DNA from: Alphaproteobacteria bacterium
Lineage (GTDB): Bacteria; Pseudomonadota; Alphaproteobacteria; CALKHQ01
Direction of reading: 5' to 3'
Length of the DNA stretch: 64,000 bases
NCBI GenBank assembly: GCA_965227515.1
Contig: CBDDFZ010000002.1
Span: forward strand, 448,001-512,000
Both the position numbers and the translations under genes were made by a program. A model generated the notes under the pieces. That model did no database searches. It was not told the DNA's origin and was given only the letters and a program-made list of their open reading frames with translations. Below, in pieces: positions 1 through 9,357 of the stretch (the first letter of the stretch is position 1; every line of letters begins with the position of its first letter).

Positions 1-918
1 CATCTCCGGCGGCAGGTCCAGGAACAGGGCCACCATCGGGTGGCGGTCGCGGGCCAGGAAGTCCTGATAGGCGCCGCGCACCGCGCCCAGCAGCAGGCGG
101 TCGCGCACCGCGCGCCGGTTGACGAACAGGTACTGCGCCTGCGCTGTCGCCCGGTTCAGGGTCGGCAGGCCTGCAAACCCGGCGAGCCGGATGCCCTCGC
201 GCTCGGCGTGCACCGCGATGGCGTTGTCGGCGAAATCGCGGCCCAGCACCGCGCCCAGCCGGGCGAGGCCGGCCGCATCGTCGCTGGCGTCATCGTCGAC
301 CGCCAGGTTTTGCGCGGCCGCCGGATAGTCGCGCTTGGTCTTGCCGTCGTCGCGCACCCGATAGCCGACATGGGGATTGGCCATCGCCAGCCGGTCGACG
401 ATGTCGTTGATTTGGCCCAGTTCGGCCCGGTCCGACTTCAGGAACTTCAGCCGTGCCGGCGTGGCATAGAACAGGTCGCGGACCTCCACGGTGGTGCCGG
501 CATCGCGCGCCGCCGGCACCGGCGCCCGGACCGCGCCGCCCTCGACCGTCAGCGCCCAGCCATTATCGTCATGCGCGCGGCGGGTGGTGATGGTCATCCG
601 CGCCACCGCCCCGATCGAGGGCAGCGCCTCGCCGCGGAAGCCGAGATGGTGGATGTCGACCAGGTCGTCGTCGGGCAGCTTGGACGTGGCGTGGCGCTGC
701 ACGGCAAGCGCCAGCATGTCCGGCCCCATGCCGGCACCATCGTCGCTGACCTGGATCGAGGCCTTGCCGCCGGCCCGCACCGCGATGTCGATCTGGCTGG
801 CGCCGGCATCGAGCGCGTTTTCCACCAGCTCCTTCACCACGGCGGCCGGGCGCTCGATCACCTCGCCGGCGGCGATGCGGTTGACCAGGGTGTCGGGCAG
901 GACGCGGATGCCGGTCAT
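1..918 (-). CDS. mutL: DNA mismatch repair protein MutL, N-terminal part (runs off the left edge)
   Basis: Manual translation from ATG at 918: MTGIRVLPDTLVNRIAAGEVIERPAAVVKELVENALDAGA...DDGAGM...HATSKL...LGFRGEALPSI, the GHKL ATPase motifs of MutL. Not in the ORF track because it has no stop in the window. Confidence 0.95.
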   Translation of the reverse strand, partial: MTGIRVLPDTLVNRIAAGEVIERPAAVVKELVENALDAGASQIDIAVRAGGKASIQVSDDGAGMGPDMLALAVQRHATSKLPDDDLVDIHHLGFRGEALPSIGAVARMTITTRRAHDDNGWALTVEGGAVRAPVPAARDAGTTVEVRDLFYATPARLKFLKSDRAELGQINDIVDRLAMANPHVGYRVRDDGKTKRDYPAAAQNLAVDDDASDDAAGLARLGAVLGRDFADNAIAVHAEREGIRLAGFAGLPTLNRATAQAQYLFVNRRAVRDRLLLGAVRGAYQDFLARDRHPMVALFLDLPPEM

Positions 919-929
919 CTGGCGGCCCC

Positions 930-1574
930 TCAGCTCCTCAGTTCGCGCACGCCGTCGACGACCAGCTTGCCGCCGATGGCGCCAAAGATGGCGCCGAACG
1001 CGCCCTCGATCAGGCGGAAGAACCGGCCATAGGCGCGGACCGCGACACCGGTGGAAAACAGCATCGCATAGGCGCCGTAGACCAGCATGGCGGATGCCGA
1101 GGCGGCAATGCCAACCGCCAGGAACTGCCACGCGGTGAGCCCGAACGAGGCCAGGAACATGGAGACCGCCACCCACATCAGCGCCGCCTTCGGGTTGGTC
1201 AGGACGACGAGCACGCCGCGCCGCCAGGCAGCGCCGACTGACGGCATGTCCGCCCCGGCGATCCTGCCGGGCGTCTCGGTTGAGGGGCGAAGCGCGGCAC
1301 GCAGCGCGCGCAGGCCGAGATAGAGCAAGTAACCGCCGCCGATCAGCCGCATCGCGGTCAGCGTTTCCGGATAGGCGTCGAGCACCGCGCCGATGCCGAA
1401 GGCGAACAGGGTCGCCCACACCAGCACGCCGCTGGCGATGCCGGCGGCGGTCGCCAGGCCCGGCCGGCGCCCGGACGCCAGGGAGGCGGCGGCCACCGCC
1501 ATCATGTTCGGACCCGGCGTGATCTGGGCCAGCAGCACGCCCGCCACCAGGGTGAGGATTTCGGCCAGCGCCAT
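930..1574 (-). CDS. LysE/RhtB family translocator
   Basis: ITPGPN motif, GGGYLLYLG, LTNPKA; 214-aa hydrophobic protein. Confidence 0.9.
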   Translation of the reverse strand: MALAEILTLVAGVLLAQITPGPNMMAVAAASLASGRRPGLATAAGIASGVLVWATLFAFGIGAVLDAYPETLTAMRLIGGGYLLYLGLRALRAALRPSTETPGRIAGADMPSVGAAWRRGVLVVLTNPKAALMWVAVSMFLASFGLTAWQFLAVGIAASASAMLVYGAYAMLFSTGVAVRAYGRFFRLIEGAFGAIFGAIGGKLVVDGVRELRS

Positions 1575-1631
1575 GGTTGTCTCTCGAGTCGACCTTCAGG
1601 CTTCAATCATAAGGCGCGCCGCGCGCGCTTC

Positions 1632-2453
1632 CTATCCTGCCCCTGTCCCGATCCACGCCGGGTCGACGTCGGGAAGCGGGATCGCGTCCAGCAGGCGGCG
1701 GGTATAGGGGTGTTGCGGCGCGGCGAAAATGTCCTCGCAGCGGCCCGCCTCCACCACCTCTCCGGCGTGCATCACCAGCACCCGTTCGCACAGCACGCGC
1801 ACCACCGACAGGTCGTGGCTGATGAAGATCAGCGCCAGCCCCATCTCGGCCCGCAGCCGGCGCAGCAGGGCCAGGATGGTCGCCTGGCTTGAGACGTCGA
1901 GCCCGGAGACGATCTCGTCGGCGACCACCAGCGCCGGCTCCAGCGCGATGGCGCGGGCGATGCCGACCCGCTGGCGCTGGCCGCCGGAGATCTCGTGCGG
2001 GTAGCGGTCGACCAGCGCGCCGGGCAGGCCGACGTGGTCCAGCAGGTCGAGCGCGCGCGCCCGGCGTTGCGACCGGGACGGTGGGCGACCGTTGGCGGCG
2101 CCGAAGGCGACCAGAGGCTGGGTGACGATGGTGCCGATGCGGTGGCGCGGGTTCAGGGCCGACAGCGGGTCCTGGAAGATCATCTGCATGGCGGCGCGCA
2201 TGGGCTGCAGGGCCGCTTCGTCGAGCGTGGCGATATCGCGGCCCTGGAAGCGGATGCTGCCGGCGGTGGGCCGGTAGAGCCGCATCACCGTGCGGCCGAG
2301 CGAGGTCTTGCCGGAGCCGCTCTCGCCGACCAGGCCGAGCGCTTCGCCCGCGTCGAGCGCGAACGAGATGTTCTTGAGGATCTCGACCATGCCGCCGCGC
2401 TTGGTGCGGTCGGGCAGCACCAGGCCGAGGTTGTGCACCTCAAGCAGCGGCAT
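1632..2453 (-). CDS. Oligopeptide/dipeptide-type ABC transporter ATP-binding protein (no adjacent permease)
   Basis: GESGSGKT Walker A, IFQDP, YPHEISGGQRQR, VADE, HPYT. Start placed at MPLLEV (2453); the ORF track extends to 2498. Confidence 0.9.
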   Translation of the reverse strand: MPLLEVHNLGLVLPDRTKRGGMVEILKNISFALDAGEALGLVGESGSGKTSLGRTVMRLYRPTAGSIRFQGRDIATLDEAALQPMRAAMQMIFQDPLSALNPRHRIGTIVTQPLVAFGAANGRPPSRSQRRARALDLLDHVGLPGALVDRYPHEISGGQRQRVGIARAIALEPALVVADEIVSGLDVSSQATILALLRRLRAEMGLALIFISHDLSVVRVLCERVLVMHAGEVVEAGRCEDIFAAPQHPYTRRLLDAIPLPDVDPAWIGTGAG

Positions 2454-2590
2454 GGGCGGGAACGTGCAAAAGCGCGGCCATAAGGCCGCGCTTCGCACGG
2501 TCGGGCGTGCCGGTCAAGTGGGGGCTTCTGGCGTCCCCCTTGCCTGACCGGTGCGTGCGGCCACAACGCCCGACCGATTAAGGTTGGCGA

Positions 2591-4288
2591 TCAGAGGACC
2601 AGGTTCAGGTTCACCAGGTCCGCATCCATCAGGATGATGCCGTTGGCGTTGGCGTTGTAGTTCAGCAGCACCAGCGACAGCTCGTCATTGTGGTCGAACA
2701 CGTGAGTGTGCAGGCCGACCACGGCGTAGTTGTCGCCGACCACCACATCGAGCTCGGCGGCGTCGTAGTCGGACACATAGTCGACGCCGGTGCCTTCGCC
2801 GGCGACCCAGTACGACCAACCGGTCTCGGGCGAATAGGTCTGGGTCATGCCGCGGATGAACAGGTCAGCGCCTGCGTCGCCGGTCATCTCGTCGCCGTCG
2901 CCGCCACCGATCAGGATGTCGTTGTGCGACCCGCCCCACATCTGGTCGATGCCGGCGCCGCCGATCAGCACGTCCTCGCCTTCGTTGCCGTTCATGATGT
3001 CGCCGGCGCCGTCCCCGTCGCCATAGAAAAAGGGATCCTCGTCCTCGCCATCGGCGAAGTACTCGCCGCCGTCCCCGAACATCACGTCGTCACCGGAACC
3101 GCCGGTCATCTCGTCCGACCCGGTGCCCCCGAACATATGGTCGTCGCCCCACTGGCCGTACATGGTGTCGGCACCGTCGCCGCCGAACATGATGTCGCCC
3201 TGGTCGCCGCCGAACATGTCGTCGTCGCCATACTCGCCCAGCATGTAGTCGGCCCCGCCGTTGCCGAACAGCAGGTCGTCGCTGTGGTCGGCAACCAGCG
3301 GCCCATAGGCGATGCCGCCGAGCAGGAACATGCCGCCGAACACGAAGTCGTCGCCCGCGCCGCCGCTGGCGGTGTCGGCGCCATCGCCGCCGGCAACGAT
3401 GTCGTCGCCGTCGCCGCCACCGACATAGTCGATGCCGCCGTCGCCGATGACGACGTCGTTGTTGGCCTCGCCCAGCATGGTGTCGTCGCCGTCGTCACCG
3501 AACATGGTGTCGTCCTGGTTGCCGCCCCACATGTCGTCGTCGCCGAGCCCACCGAACATGAAATCGTCGCCGGACCCGCCCCACATCTGGTCGTTGCCTT
3601 CGCCGCCGAAGATGAAGTCGGCCTCGCTGTCGCCGTACAGGTGGTCGTTGCCGGTACCGCCATCGAGCAGGTCGGAGTCCTCGCCGCCATAGGCCGTGTC
3701 GTCGTCGTCGCCGGCAAAGATCCAGTCGCTGCCCTCGTCGCCCAGCACGGTGTCGTTGCCGTCGCCGGTGAGCACCAGGTCGTCGCCTTCGCCGGCGACC
3801 ACGAGGTCGTCGTCCTCGAACTGGAACGCGCCGTCCAGGTCCATGCCGGCCACGATCACGTCGTTGCCGCCGGCGCCGTAGATGGCATCGTTGCCGAGGT
3901 AGGTCTCGATGGTCTCGGCATTGTCGCTGGCGATGATGACATCGTGGCCATAGGTGCCCGTGATCGGCAGCAGCGCCTGGTTCAGGATCACAAGGTCGTC
4001 CGCGCCGTCCATGACGGTGTTGCGGTTGCTGCCGAGGATGTACTGGGGCCGATATGCCGCTTCCAGCTCGGTGCCGGGGTTCGCGGCAAGCCCGCCGCCG
4101 TCGTTGCCGACGACCGGCCCGGTGCCCGCGTCCGGCGCCGCCTGCGGTGCGTCATGGTTCATGATGATTTCCTGCACCAGGACGGTCTTGCCCAGCCCGG
4201 AACCCCCGGCTTGTCGGCGCGGATCGGTGTGCCAGGCGCCGATATCCGTCTCAAGGTTGGTGGCGGCAAGTTCGGTCGTGTGCGACAT
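2591..4288 (-). CDS. RTX-type (hemolysin-type) calcium-binding repeat protein, paralog 1
   Basis: Many GGxGxDxUx nonapeptides, very acidic, short non-repeat C-terminus consistent with a T1SS signal, no N-terminal signal peptide. Confidence 0.9.
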   Translation of the reverse strand: MSHTTELAATNLETDIGAWHTDPRRQAGGSGLGKTVLVQEIIMNHDAPQAAPDAGTGPVVGNDGGGLAANPGTELEAAYRPQYILGSNRNTVMDGADDLVILNQALLPITGTYGHDVIIASDNAETIETYLGNDAIYGAGGNDVIVAGMDLDGAFQFEDDDLVVAGEGDDLVLTGDGNDTVLGDEGSDWIFAGDDDDTAYGGEDSDLLDGGTGNDHLYGDSEADFIFGGEGNDQMWGGSGDDFMFGGLGDDDMWGGNQDDTMFGDDGDDTMLGEANNDVVIGDGGIDYVGGGDGDDIVAGGDGADTASGGAGDDFVFGGMFLLGGIAYGPLVADHSDDLLFGNGGADYMLGEYGDDDMFGGDQGDIMFGGDGADTMYGQWGDDHMFGGTGSDEMTGGSGDDVMFGDGGEYFADGEDEDPFFYGDGDGAGDIMNGNEGEDVLIGGAGIDQMWGGSHNDILIGGGDGDEMTGDAGADLFIRGMTQTYSPETGWSYWVAGEGTGVDYVSDYDAAELDVVVGDNYAVVGLHTHVFDHNDELSLVLLNYNANANGIILMDADLVNLNLVL

Positions 4289-4351
4289 CGGATGGTCTCC
4301 TCGGATCTGCTCGTTCGTTCTTTGAAATTGAACGTTGTTTACTAACGGAGC

Positions 4352-4450
4352 AGTCGCATGCGGAGAGCTGTCGGTTCACGCCATTTCCAGGAAGCCCTGA
4401 AAAAGCCCATATTCGAAATCGGGCGCCGGATTTTCGTTTTCGCGCATGGA
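4352..4450 (-). promoter_or_regulatory. Putative ECF-sigma promoter TGAACC-N16-CGACT plus upstream box TCCATGCGCG-N-AAACGAA for RTX gene 1
   Basis: Plus strand AGTCG 4352-4356, GGTTCA 4373-4378, TTCGTTTTCGCGCATGGA 4433-4450. The same elements recur upstream of paralog 2. Confidence 0.65.
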
Positions 4451-4671
4451 CATGACGGCCGTGGGGGCGGCCGCGATAGCGGGGCACGAATGGCGTGCGA
4501 AAGGGGGCGCGGTCCTGCGTAGGAGCACCCGGGCCGCCCGAGCATCTTCTTGTTGCTCTTGGTGTCGGGCGGCCGGGTGCGTGCGCCGGCGATGGGAGGG
4601 AGCGGATCGCCTGCGCGGGTTCGATGTCGGCTGGATCAGGGCCAGCTAGCGTTGACCGAAGTGAACGCGCG

Positions 4672-6300
4672 CTAGCTGAGCAGGGCGCCGAAATCGATCA
4701 TGTCGGCACCGGCCAGGATCAGACCCTCGGTGTCGGCGTTGTGGTTCAGCAGCACCAGGGCCACATCGCCGTTGCCGTCCAGCACATGGGTGTCGGCACC
4801 GACGACGACGTAGCTCTCTCCGACGGCGATATCGTTGTCCGCGTACTGATAATCGTGGACGTAGTCGAAGCTGGCGCCGACCCCGACCTCATAGCTGCCG
4901 TCGGGCTGGCGGGCCACGCCGCGGACGAATACGTCTACGCCCTGGCCGCCATGCAGATCGTCGCCGTCGCCGCCGCCGAACAGGAAGTCGGCGCCGTCAC
5001 CGCCCCACATATTGTCGTGGCCTGCGCCGCCGACCAGGACGTCACGGCCTGCGGCACCATCGATGAAGTCATCGCCTCCGGGGCCCGGTCCGAAGTGGAA
5101 GTCGCCCGCCGCGCTGCCGTCGCTGAACAGATCCTTGCCGTCGCCGAGCAGCACATCGTTGCCGGTGCCGCCGTAGATCTCGTCGTTGCCGGTGCCGCCA
5201 ACAAGCGCATCGTCGTCCCATTGGCCATAGAGCGAGTCGTTGCCGGCGCCACCGATGGCGAGGTCGGCTCCGGTGCCGCCCATGATGAAGTCGTCACCGC
5301 CGTCGCCGATCATGATGTCATTGCCGGCGCCGCCATAGAACTCGTCATGGCTGTCGTCGTAGACCAGCGGTCCCACATGACCCTCCGTGCCGACAATGCC
5401 GCCGTACATCATGTCGTCGCCGTCGCCGCCGATCATCGTGTCGATGCCCAGGCCGCCGTACATGTAATCGTGGCCGTCGCCGCCGTTCAGATAGTCGCTG
5501 CCCTCGCCGCCGAACATGGCGTCGTTGCCGTCCTGGCCGAAGATCGCGTCGTCGCCGGCGTCGCCGGACATGAAGTCGGCCTCGTCGCCGCCGGCCATGT
5601 TGTCTTCGCCGTCGCCGCCGGACATGAAATCCTCGCCGGTGCCGCCGCTCATGGTGTCGTCGCCCTCGGCGCCGAACAGGATGTCGTCATCCTCCTTGCC
5701 CAGCAGATGGTCGTCGCCGGTGCCGCCGTAGAGCACGTCGTTGTTGAAGCCGCCATCCAGGTAGTCGTTGTCGGCGCCGCCGAACAACCAGTCGTCGCCC
5801 TCATCGCCAAATGCGGTATCCTCGCCGTCATACAGCAGGACCACGTCGTCGCCGGACCCGGCCGCCACCCAATCGTCGTCCGCGAACACGCCGCCTTGGT
5901 CCACACCGGCGATGATGATGTCGGCGCCGCCCTGGCCGAAGATGATGTCGTTGCCCTGGAAGGTCTGGATGTGTTCGGCCCAGTCACTGCCGACGACCAG
6001 ATCGTTACCGTCGGTGCCGTAGATGTAGACAAGCTCGATCCCGAAATCGACCTCCGCTGGCGGTAGGCCGGGCTCGAACTGGAATGGCACGGCATCCGGT
6101 CCGGCGGTGACGGCAGCAAGGTCCGTTGCGCGGCGCATCGCGCTGTCGTCGCTCTCGGCCGCCGCGAAATCGAAAAGGGCGTCGGCGCGGCCAATGCCGG
6201 AGTATTGCTCCGTTTCTCTTTGGGCCGTGCCGGACGCCAGGCTATCGCGACCGAGGTCGCTTTCCAGGCTGGTGGACAGCGCTGCGCTGAGGTGTTGCAT
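4672..6300 (-). CDS. RTX-type calcium-binding repeat protein, paralog 2
   Basis: GGxGxD repeats. C-terminus (DYVHDY...YVVVGADTHV...LVLLNHNA...GLIL) aligns by eye with paralog 1. Confidence 0.9.
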   Translation of the reverse strand: MQHLSAALSTSLESDLGRDSLASGTAQRETEQYSGIGRADALFDFAAAESDDSAMRRATDLAAVTAGPDAVPFQFEPGLPPAEVDFGIELVYIYGTDGNDLVVGSDWAEHIQTFQGNDIIFGQGGADIIIAGVDQGGVFADDDWVAAGSGDDVVLLYDGEDTAFGDEGDDWLFGGADNDYLDGGFNNDVLYGGTGDDHLLGKEDDDILFGAEGDDTMSGGTGEDFMSGGDGEDNMAGGDEADFMSGDAGDDAIFGQDGNDAMFGGEGSDYLNGGDGHDYMYGGLGIDTMIGGDGDDMMYGGIVGTEGHVGPLVYDDSHDEFYGGAGNDIMIGDGGDDFIMGGTGADLAIGGAGNDSLYGQWDDDALVGGTGNDEIYGGTGNDVLLGDGKDLFSDGSAAGDFHFGPGPGGDDFIDGAAGRDVLVGGAGHDNMWGGDGADFLFGGGDGDDLHGGQGVDVFVRGVARQPDGSYEVGVGASFDYVHDYQYADNDIAVGESYVVVGADTHVLDGNGDVALVLLNHNADTEGLILAGADMIDFGALLS

Positions 6301-6363
6301 CTTTCTTGTCTCCCGGTGCGCGTATTTGTTTTTTCGTTGGCGCTTGTTGGTTTTCGAAAATGC

Positions 6364-6460
6364 AGTCGAGTGACGAAACGCACAGGTTCAAGGGAATTTG
6401 ACTGGAAGCCGAAAAAAGTTTTTCGCAATGCCGGAAAAGATGTTCGTTTGCGCGCATGGA
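6364..6460 (-). promoter_or_regulatory. Putative ECF-sigma promoter TGAACC-N16-CGACT plus upstream box for RTX gene 2
   Basis: Plus strand AGTCG 6364-6368, GGTTCA 6385-6390, TTCGTTTGCGCGCATGGA 6443-6460. Same 16-nt spacer and same distance to the ATG as paralog 1. Confidence 0.65.
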
Positions 6461-6560
6461 AAATGGCGCGACCCCAGGCGGGCCGCGGGATTCCGCGTAA
6501 TCGATTACAGACTGGGCGCGAAAAAAGAACGCCGGGACGGCCTGGTGCGGCGCCCGCCGC

Positions 6561-7232
6561 TCAGTCGACGCTCATCGCGAGGGTGCGGCTGATCGCGCTC
6601 ATCGGCAGGCCGCTTTCCGCGGCCCAGGTGTTGAACGCGGCCTGCACGGCCGCCAGGTCGCGCTTCGATGACGGCGGCTTGTCCACCACGCCGGCACCCA
6701 TCAGCGCCTTGACCACGTCGTTGGAAAGCACGAAGCCGTCGACGCCCATGAAGCGCAGGAAGTACTGCGCGGTGTTGCCGCCCAGCCGCTGCGCGCGCTT
6801 CTTCAGCACGTCGAGCAGGCCGACGAAATCGTCATCCGGCCAATCGGCAAAGAAACGTCCGGCGCTGCCGTGCTCCCTGGCCAAGTCGACGACGAACGTC
6901 GCGTTGTGGCGGGTCGCCGCCAGCTTCTTGCCGTGGCGGATCAGCCGCTTGTCGGAGACGCAGCGCTCCAGGTCCTCGTCACTCATCATCGCGACCCGGT
7001 GCGGGTCGAAGCCGTGGAACACTTCCTCGAAGTCGGGCCACTTCGCCTCCACCACCTTCCACACGAAGCCGGCGCGAAACACCGCCTTGGTCATCTCCGA
7101 CAGCCAGCGGTCGCTCGGGATGGCCGCCACCTCCTGCGCCGGCTTCGGCGGTGCCGGCAGCAACGCGTCCAGGGCCTTGGCGCCGCCCTTGCGGTCGGCC
7201 GCCCGCGCGTGAATTTCGCGGAATGGTGTCAT
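6561..7232 (-). CDS. DNA-3-methyladenine glycosylase I family protein
   Basis: MTPFREIHARAADRKGG...DRWLSEMTKAVFRAGFVWKVVEAKWPDFEEVFHGFDP...LIRHGKK. Start at ATG 7232. Confidence 0.8.
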   Translation of the reverse strand: MTPFREIHARAADRKGGAKALDALLPAPPKPAQEVAAIPSDRWLSEMTKAVFRAGFVWKVVEAKWPDFEEVFHGFDPHRVAMMSDEDLERCVSDKRLIRHGKKLAATRHNATFVVDLAREHGSAGRFFADWPDDDFVGLLDVLKKRAQRLGGNTAQYFLRFMGVDGFVLSNDVVKALMGAGVVDKPPSSKRDLAAVQAAFNTWAAESGLPMSAISRTLAMSVD

Positions 7233-7536
7233 GGCAGCCCTCGGATCGGCTGGGCGCGCGCGCCGGGAACAGGGCCCGCCCCGTGGTGTTGTGCTGATCG
7301 GCGGCCGGCGGTCCGGCCGCCGGTACGTCACGCAGGTCAGAATAGGTCGGTACCGCGTTGCCGTCGACGGTCGACGGCTTGGCGGTGCGGATGGCAATTG
7401 GCCGGCGCCGATCGGGGTCTGGCCCCGATCGAGGCTCGGCGTCAAACGCGATCTTGAGCTTTCACCCACTGACACGCTACCAGTGTGCCGTGCCACCGGC
7501 CGCCGTCCAGCGGTCGCGCGATGACGGAGGACGCGG

Positions 7537-8853
7537 ATGACATACACACACGAGATCAAGGGCTGCCTGGCGGAAGACGTCGGCGAGCGCGGCCTGGACA
7601 ATACGGCATGGCAGACCGCGCTGGCGGACGCGGAACATGCGCTGGAGCATCTGCGCACGCTGAAGTCGGACAAGGCGCTGCCGCTGCTCGACCTGCCGGC
7701 CGCGCGCGACGACCTGGAGCAGATGAAGCCGGTGGCGGCCCGCTTCCATGAGTATTTCGACGATGTCGTGGTGCTGGGCACAGGCGGGTCCAGCCTGGGC
7801 GGCAAGACGCTCTATGCCCTGGTCGACCAGGGCTTCGGCCCGGCCGCGGAAAACCCGCGCATGCACTTTCTGGACAATGTCGACCCGACGACCTTCCTGG
7901 CGCTGGACCGCGCGGTCGATTGGGAGCGGACCGGCGTGCTCGCGATCTCCAAGTCCGGCGGCACGGCGGAAACCCTGACCCAGATCATGAGCCTGTTTCC
8001 GCACCTGTATGCGGTGGCGGGACCGGACGGCGTGCGCGACCAGGTGGTGTGCATCACCGAGCCGGGCGCCAACCCGCTGCGCAATTTCGCCGAGCGGTTC
8101 CAGTTGCAGACGCTGGATCACGACCCGAAGGTGGGCGGGCGCTTCTCCGCCCTGTCGGTCACCGGCATGCTGCCGGCGATGATTGCCGGCGTCGATGTGG
8201 TGGCGGTGCGCGAAGGTGCGGCCGAAGTGCTGGACCAGGCGCTCGCGGCGACCAATGCGGAGGCTTGCCCGCCGGCGGCCGGTGCGGCGGCGGCGGTGGG
8301 GCTGATGCGCGCCCACGGCATCTCCATCAACGTGCTGATGCCCTATCTCGACGGCCTGGCCGACTTCGGCCTCTGGTTCCGCCAGCTCTGGGCGGAAAGC
8401 CTGGGCAAGAACGGCACCGGCCTGACCCCGATCCGGGCCATGGGCGCGGTCGACCAGCACAGCCAGCTTCAGCTCTATCTGGGCGGGCCGGCGGACAAGA
8501 TGTTCACCGTCATCCAGTCGGCGTGCCGCGGTACCGGCGAGGACGTGCCTGCCGACCTGGCCAACGATCCCAGCCTCAGCTACCTGGCCGGGCGCCTGAT
8601 GGGCGACCTGATGGACGCCATGCAGCGCGCCACCGCCGAGACCCTGATCAAGAACGGCCGCCCGACCCGCGTGATCGGCATCGACACGCTGGATGGCCGC
8701 ACCCTGGGCGCCCTGATGATGCACTTCATGCTGGAGACCATTTATGCCGCGCAGCTTCTGGGCGTGGATGCGTTCGACCAGCCGGCGGTGGAGGAGGGCA
8801 AGGTGCTCGCCCGCCAGTATCTGAGTGAGATCCCGCCGACCGAGGATGCATAA
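7537..8853 (+). CDS. pgi: Glucose-6-phosphate isomerase
   Basis: LGTGGSSLG, ISKSGGTAET, VGGRFSALS, QLWAESLGK, DQHSQLQ, FDQPAVEEGK. Confidence 0.95.
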   Translation: MTYTHEIKGCLAEDVGERGLDNTAWQTALADAEHALEHLRTLKSDKALPLLDLPAARDDLEQMKPVAARFHEYFDDVVVLGTGGSSLGGKTLYALVDQGFGPAAENPRMHFLDNVDPTTFLALDRAVDWERTGVLAISKSGGTAETLTQIMSLFPHLYAVAGPDGVRDQVVCITEPGANPLRNFAERFQLQTLDHDPKVGGRFSALSVTGMLPAMIAGVDVVAVREGAAEVLDQALAATNAEACPPAAGAAAAVGLMRAHGISINVLMPYLDGLADFGLWFRQLWAESLGKNGTGLTPIRAMGAVDQHSQLQLYLGGPADKMFTVIQSACRGTGEDVPADLANDPSLSYLAGRLMGDLMDAMQRATAETLIKNGRPTRVIGIDTLDGRTLGALMMHFMLETIYAAQLLGVDAFDQPAVEEGKVLARQYLSEIPPTEDA

Positions 8854-8884
8854 AGCTGCGCGGCGGGTGAGGGGGAATGTGGCG

Positions 8885-9310
8885 ATGATCAAGATCTTTG
8901 CCGCCGCAGCGCTGATGCTGGCGCTCGGCTCATGCCAATCGGGAAGTGGTGGTGGCAACAGCCAGACTTTGACCACGCCACCCGGGACGACTGGGCAGTC
9001 GAATTACATCCCGATCCGTTTCGAGAGCCAGACCGCGACCGCAGATGAGCGCGCCGCTTGCGAGGCTGCCGGCGGTGAAATCCAACAAGGCGGCCTGCTC
9101 GGCGGGGAGATCTGCGTGCAGACGTTCGCCGATGCCGGCCAGAGCTGCACCGATTCCAGCCAGTGCATGGGGCTTTGTCTGGCCGCCGGGGACTTTGTCG
9201 TCGGCAACAGCCAGCCTGTCACCGGCCAGTGCAAAGCCGACGACAATCCATTCGGCTGCTACCAGGAGGTTGAGAATGGGTCCCCGCTGGGCGCATTGTG
9301 CGTCGACTAG
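8885..9310 (+). CDS. Small cysteine-rich lipoprotein (hypothetical)
   Basis: Lipobox LALGSC after a hydrophobic stretch. Mature part has CEAAGG...CV..FADAGQSCTDSSQCMGLC...C...GC...C. Confidence 0.75.
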   Translation: MIKIFAAAALMLALGSCQSGSGGGNSQTLTTPPGTTGQSNYIPIRFESQTATADERAACEAAGGEIQQGGLLGGEICVQTFADAGQSCTDSSQCMGLCLAAGDFVVGNSQPVTGQCKADDNPFGCYQEVENGSPLGALCVD

Positions 9311-9357
9311 CGGACAACGAAGCCGCATACGCGAGACATGCTAGCCGGGGGGACGCG

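Noticed and set aside
2591-6300. 27-bp periodic DNA repeats resembling an array
   Set aside because: They are coding RTX nonapeptide repeats, with no constant repeat/unique spacer structure and no cas genes.
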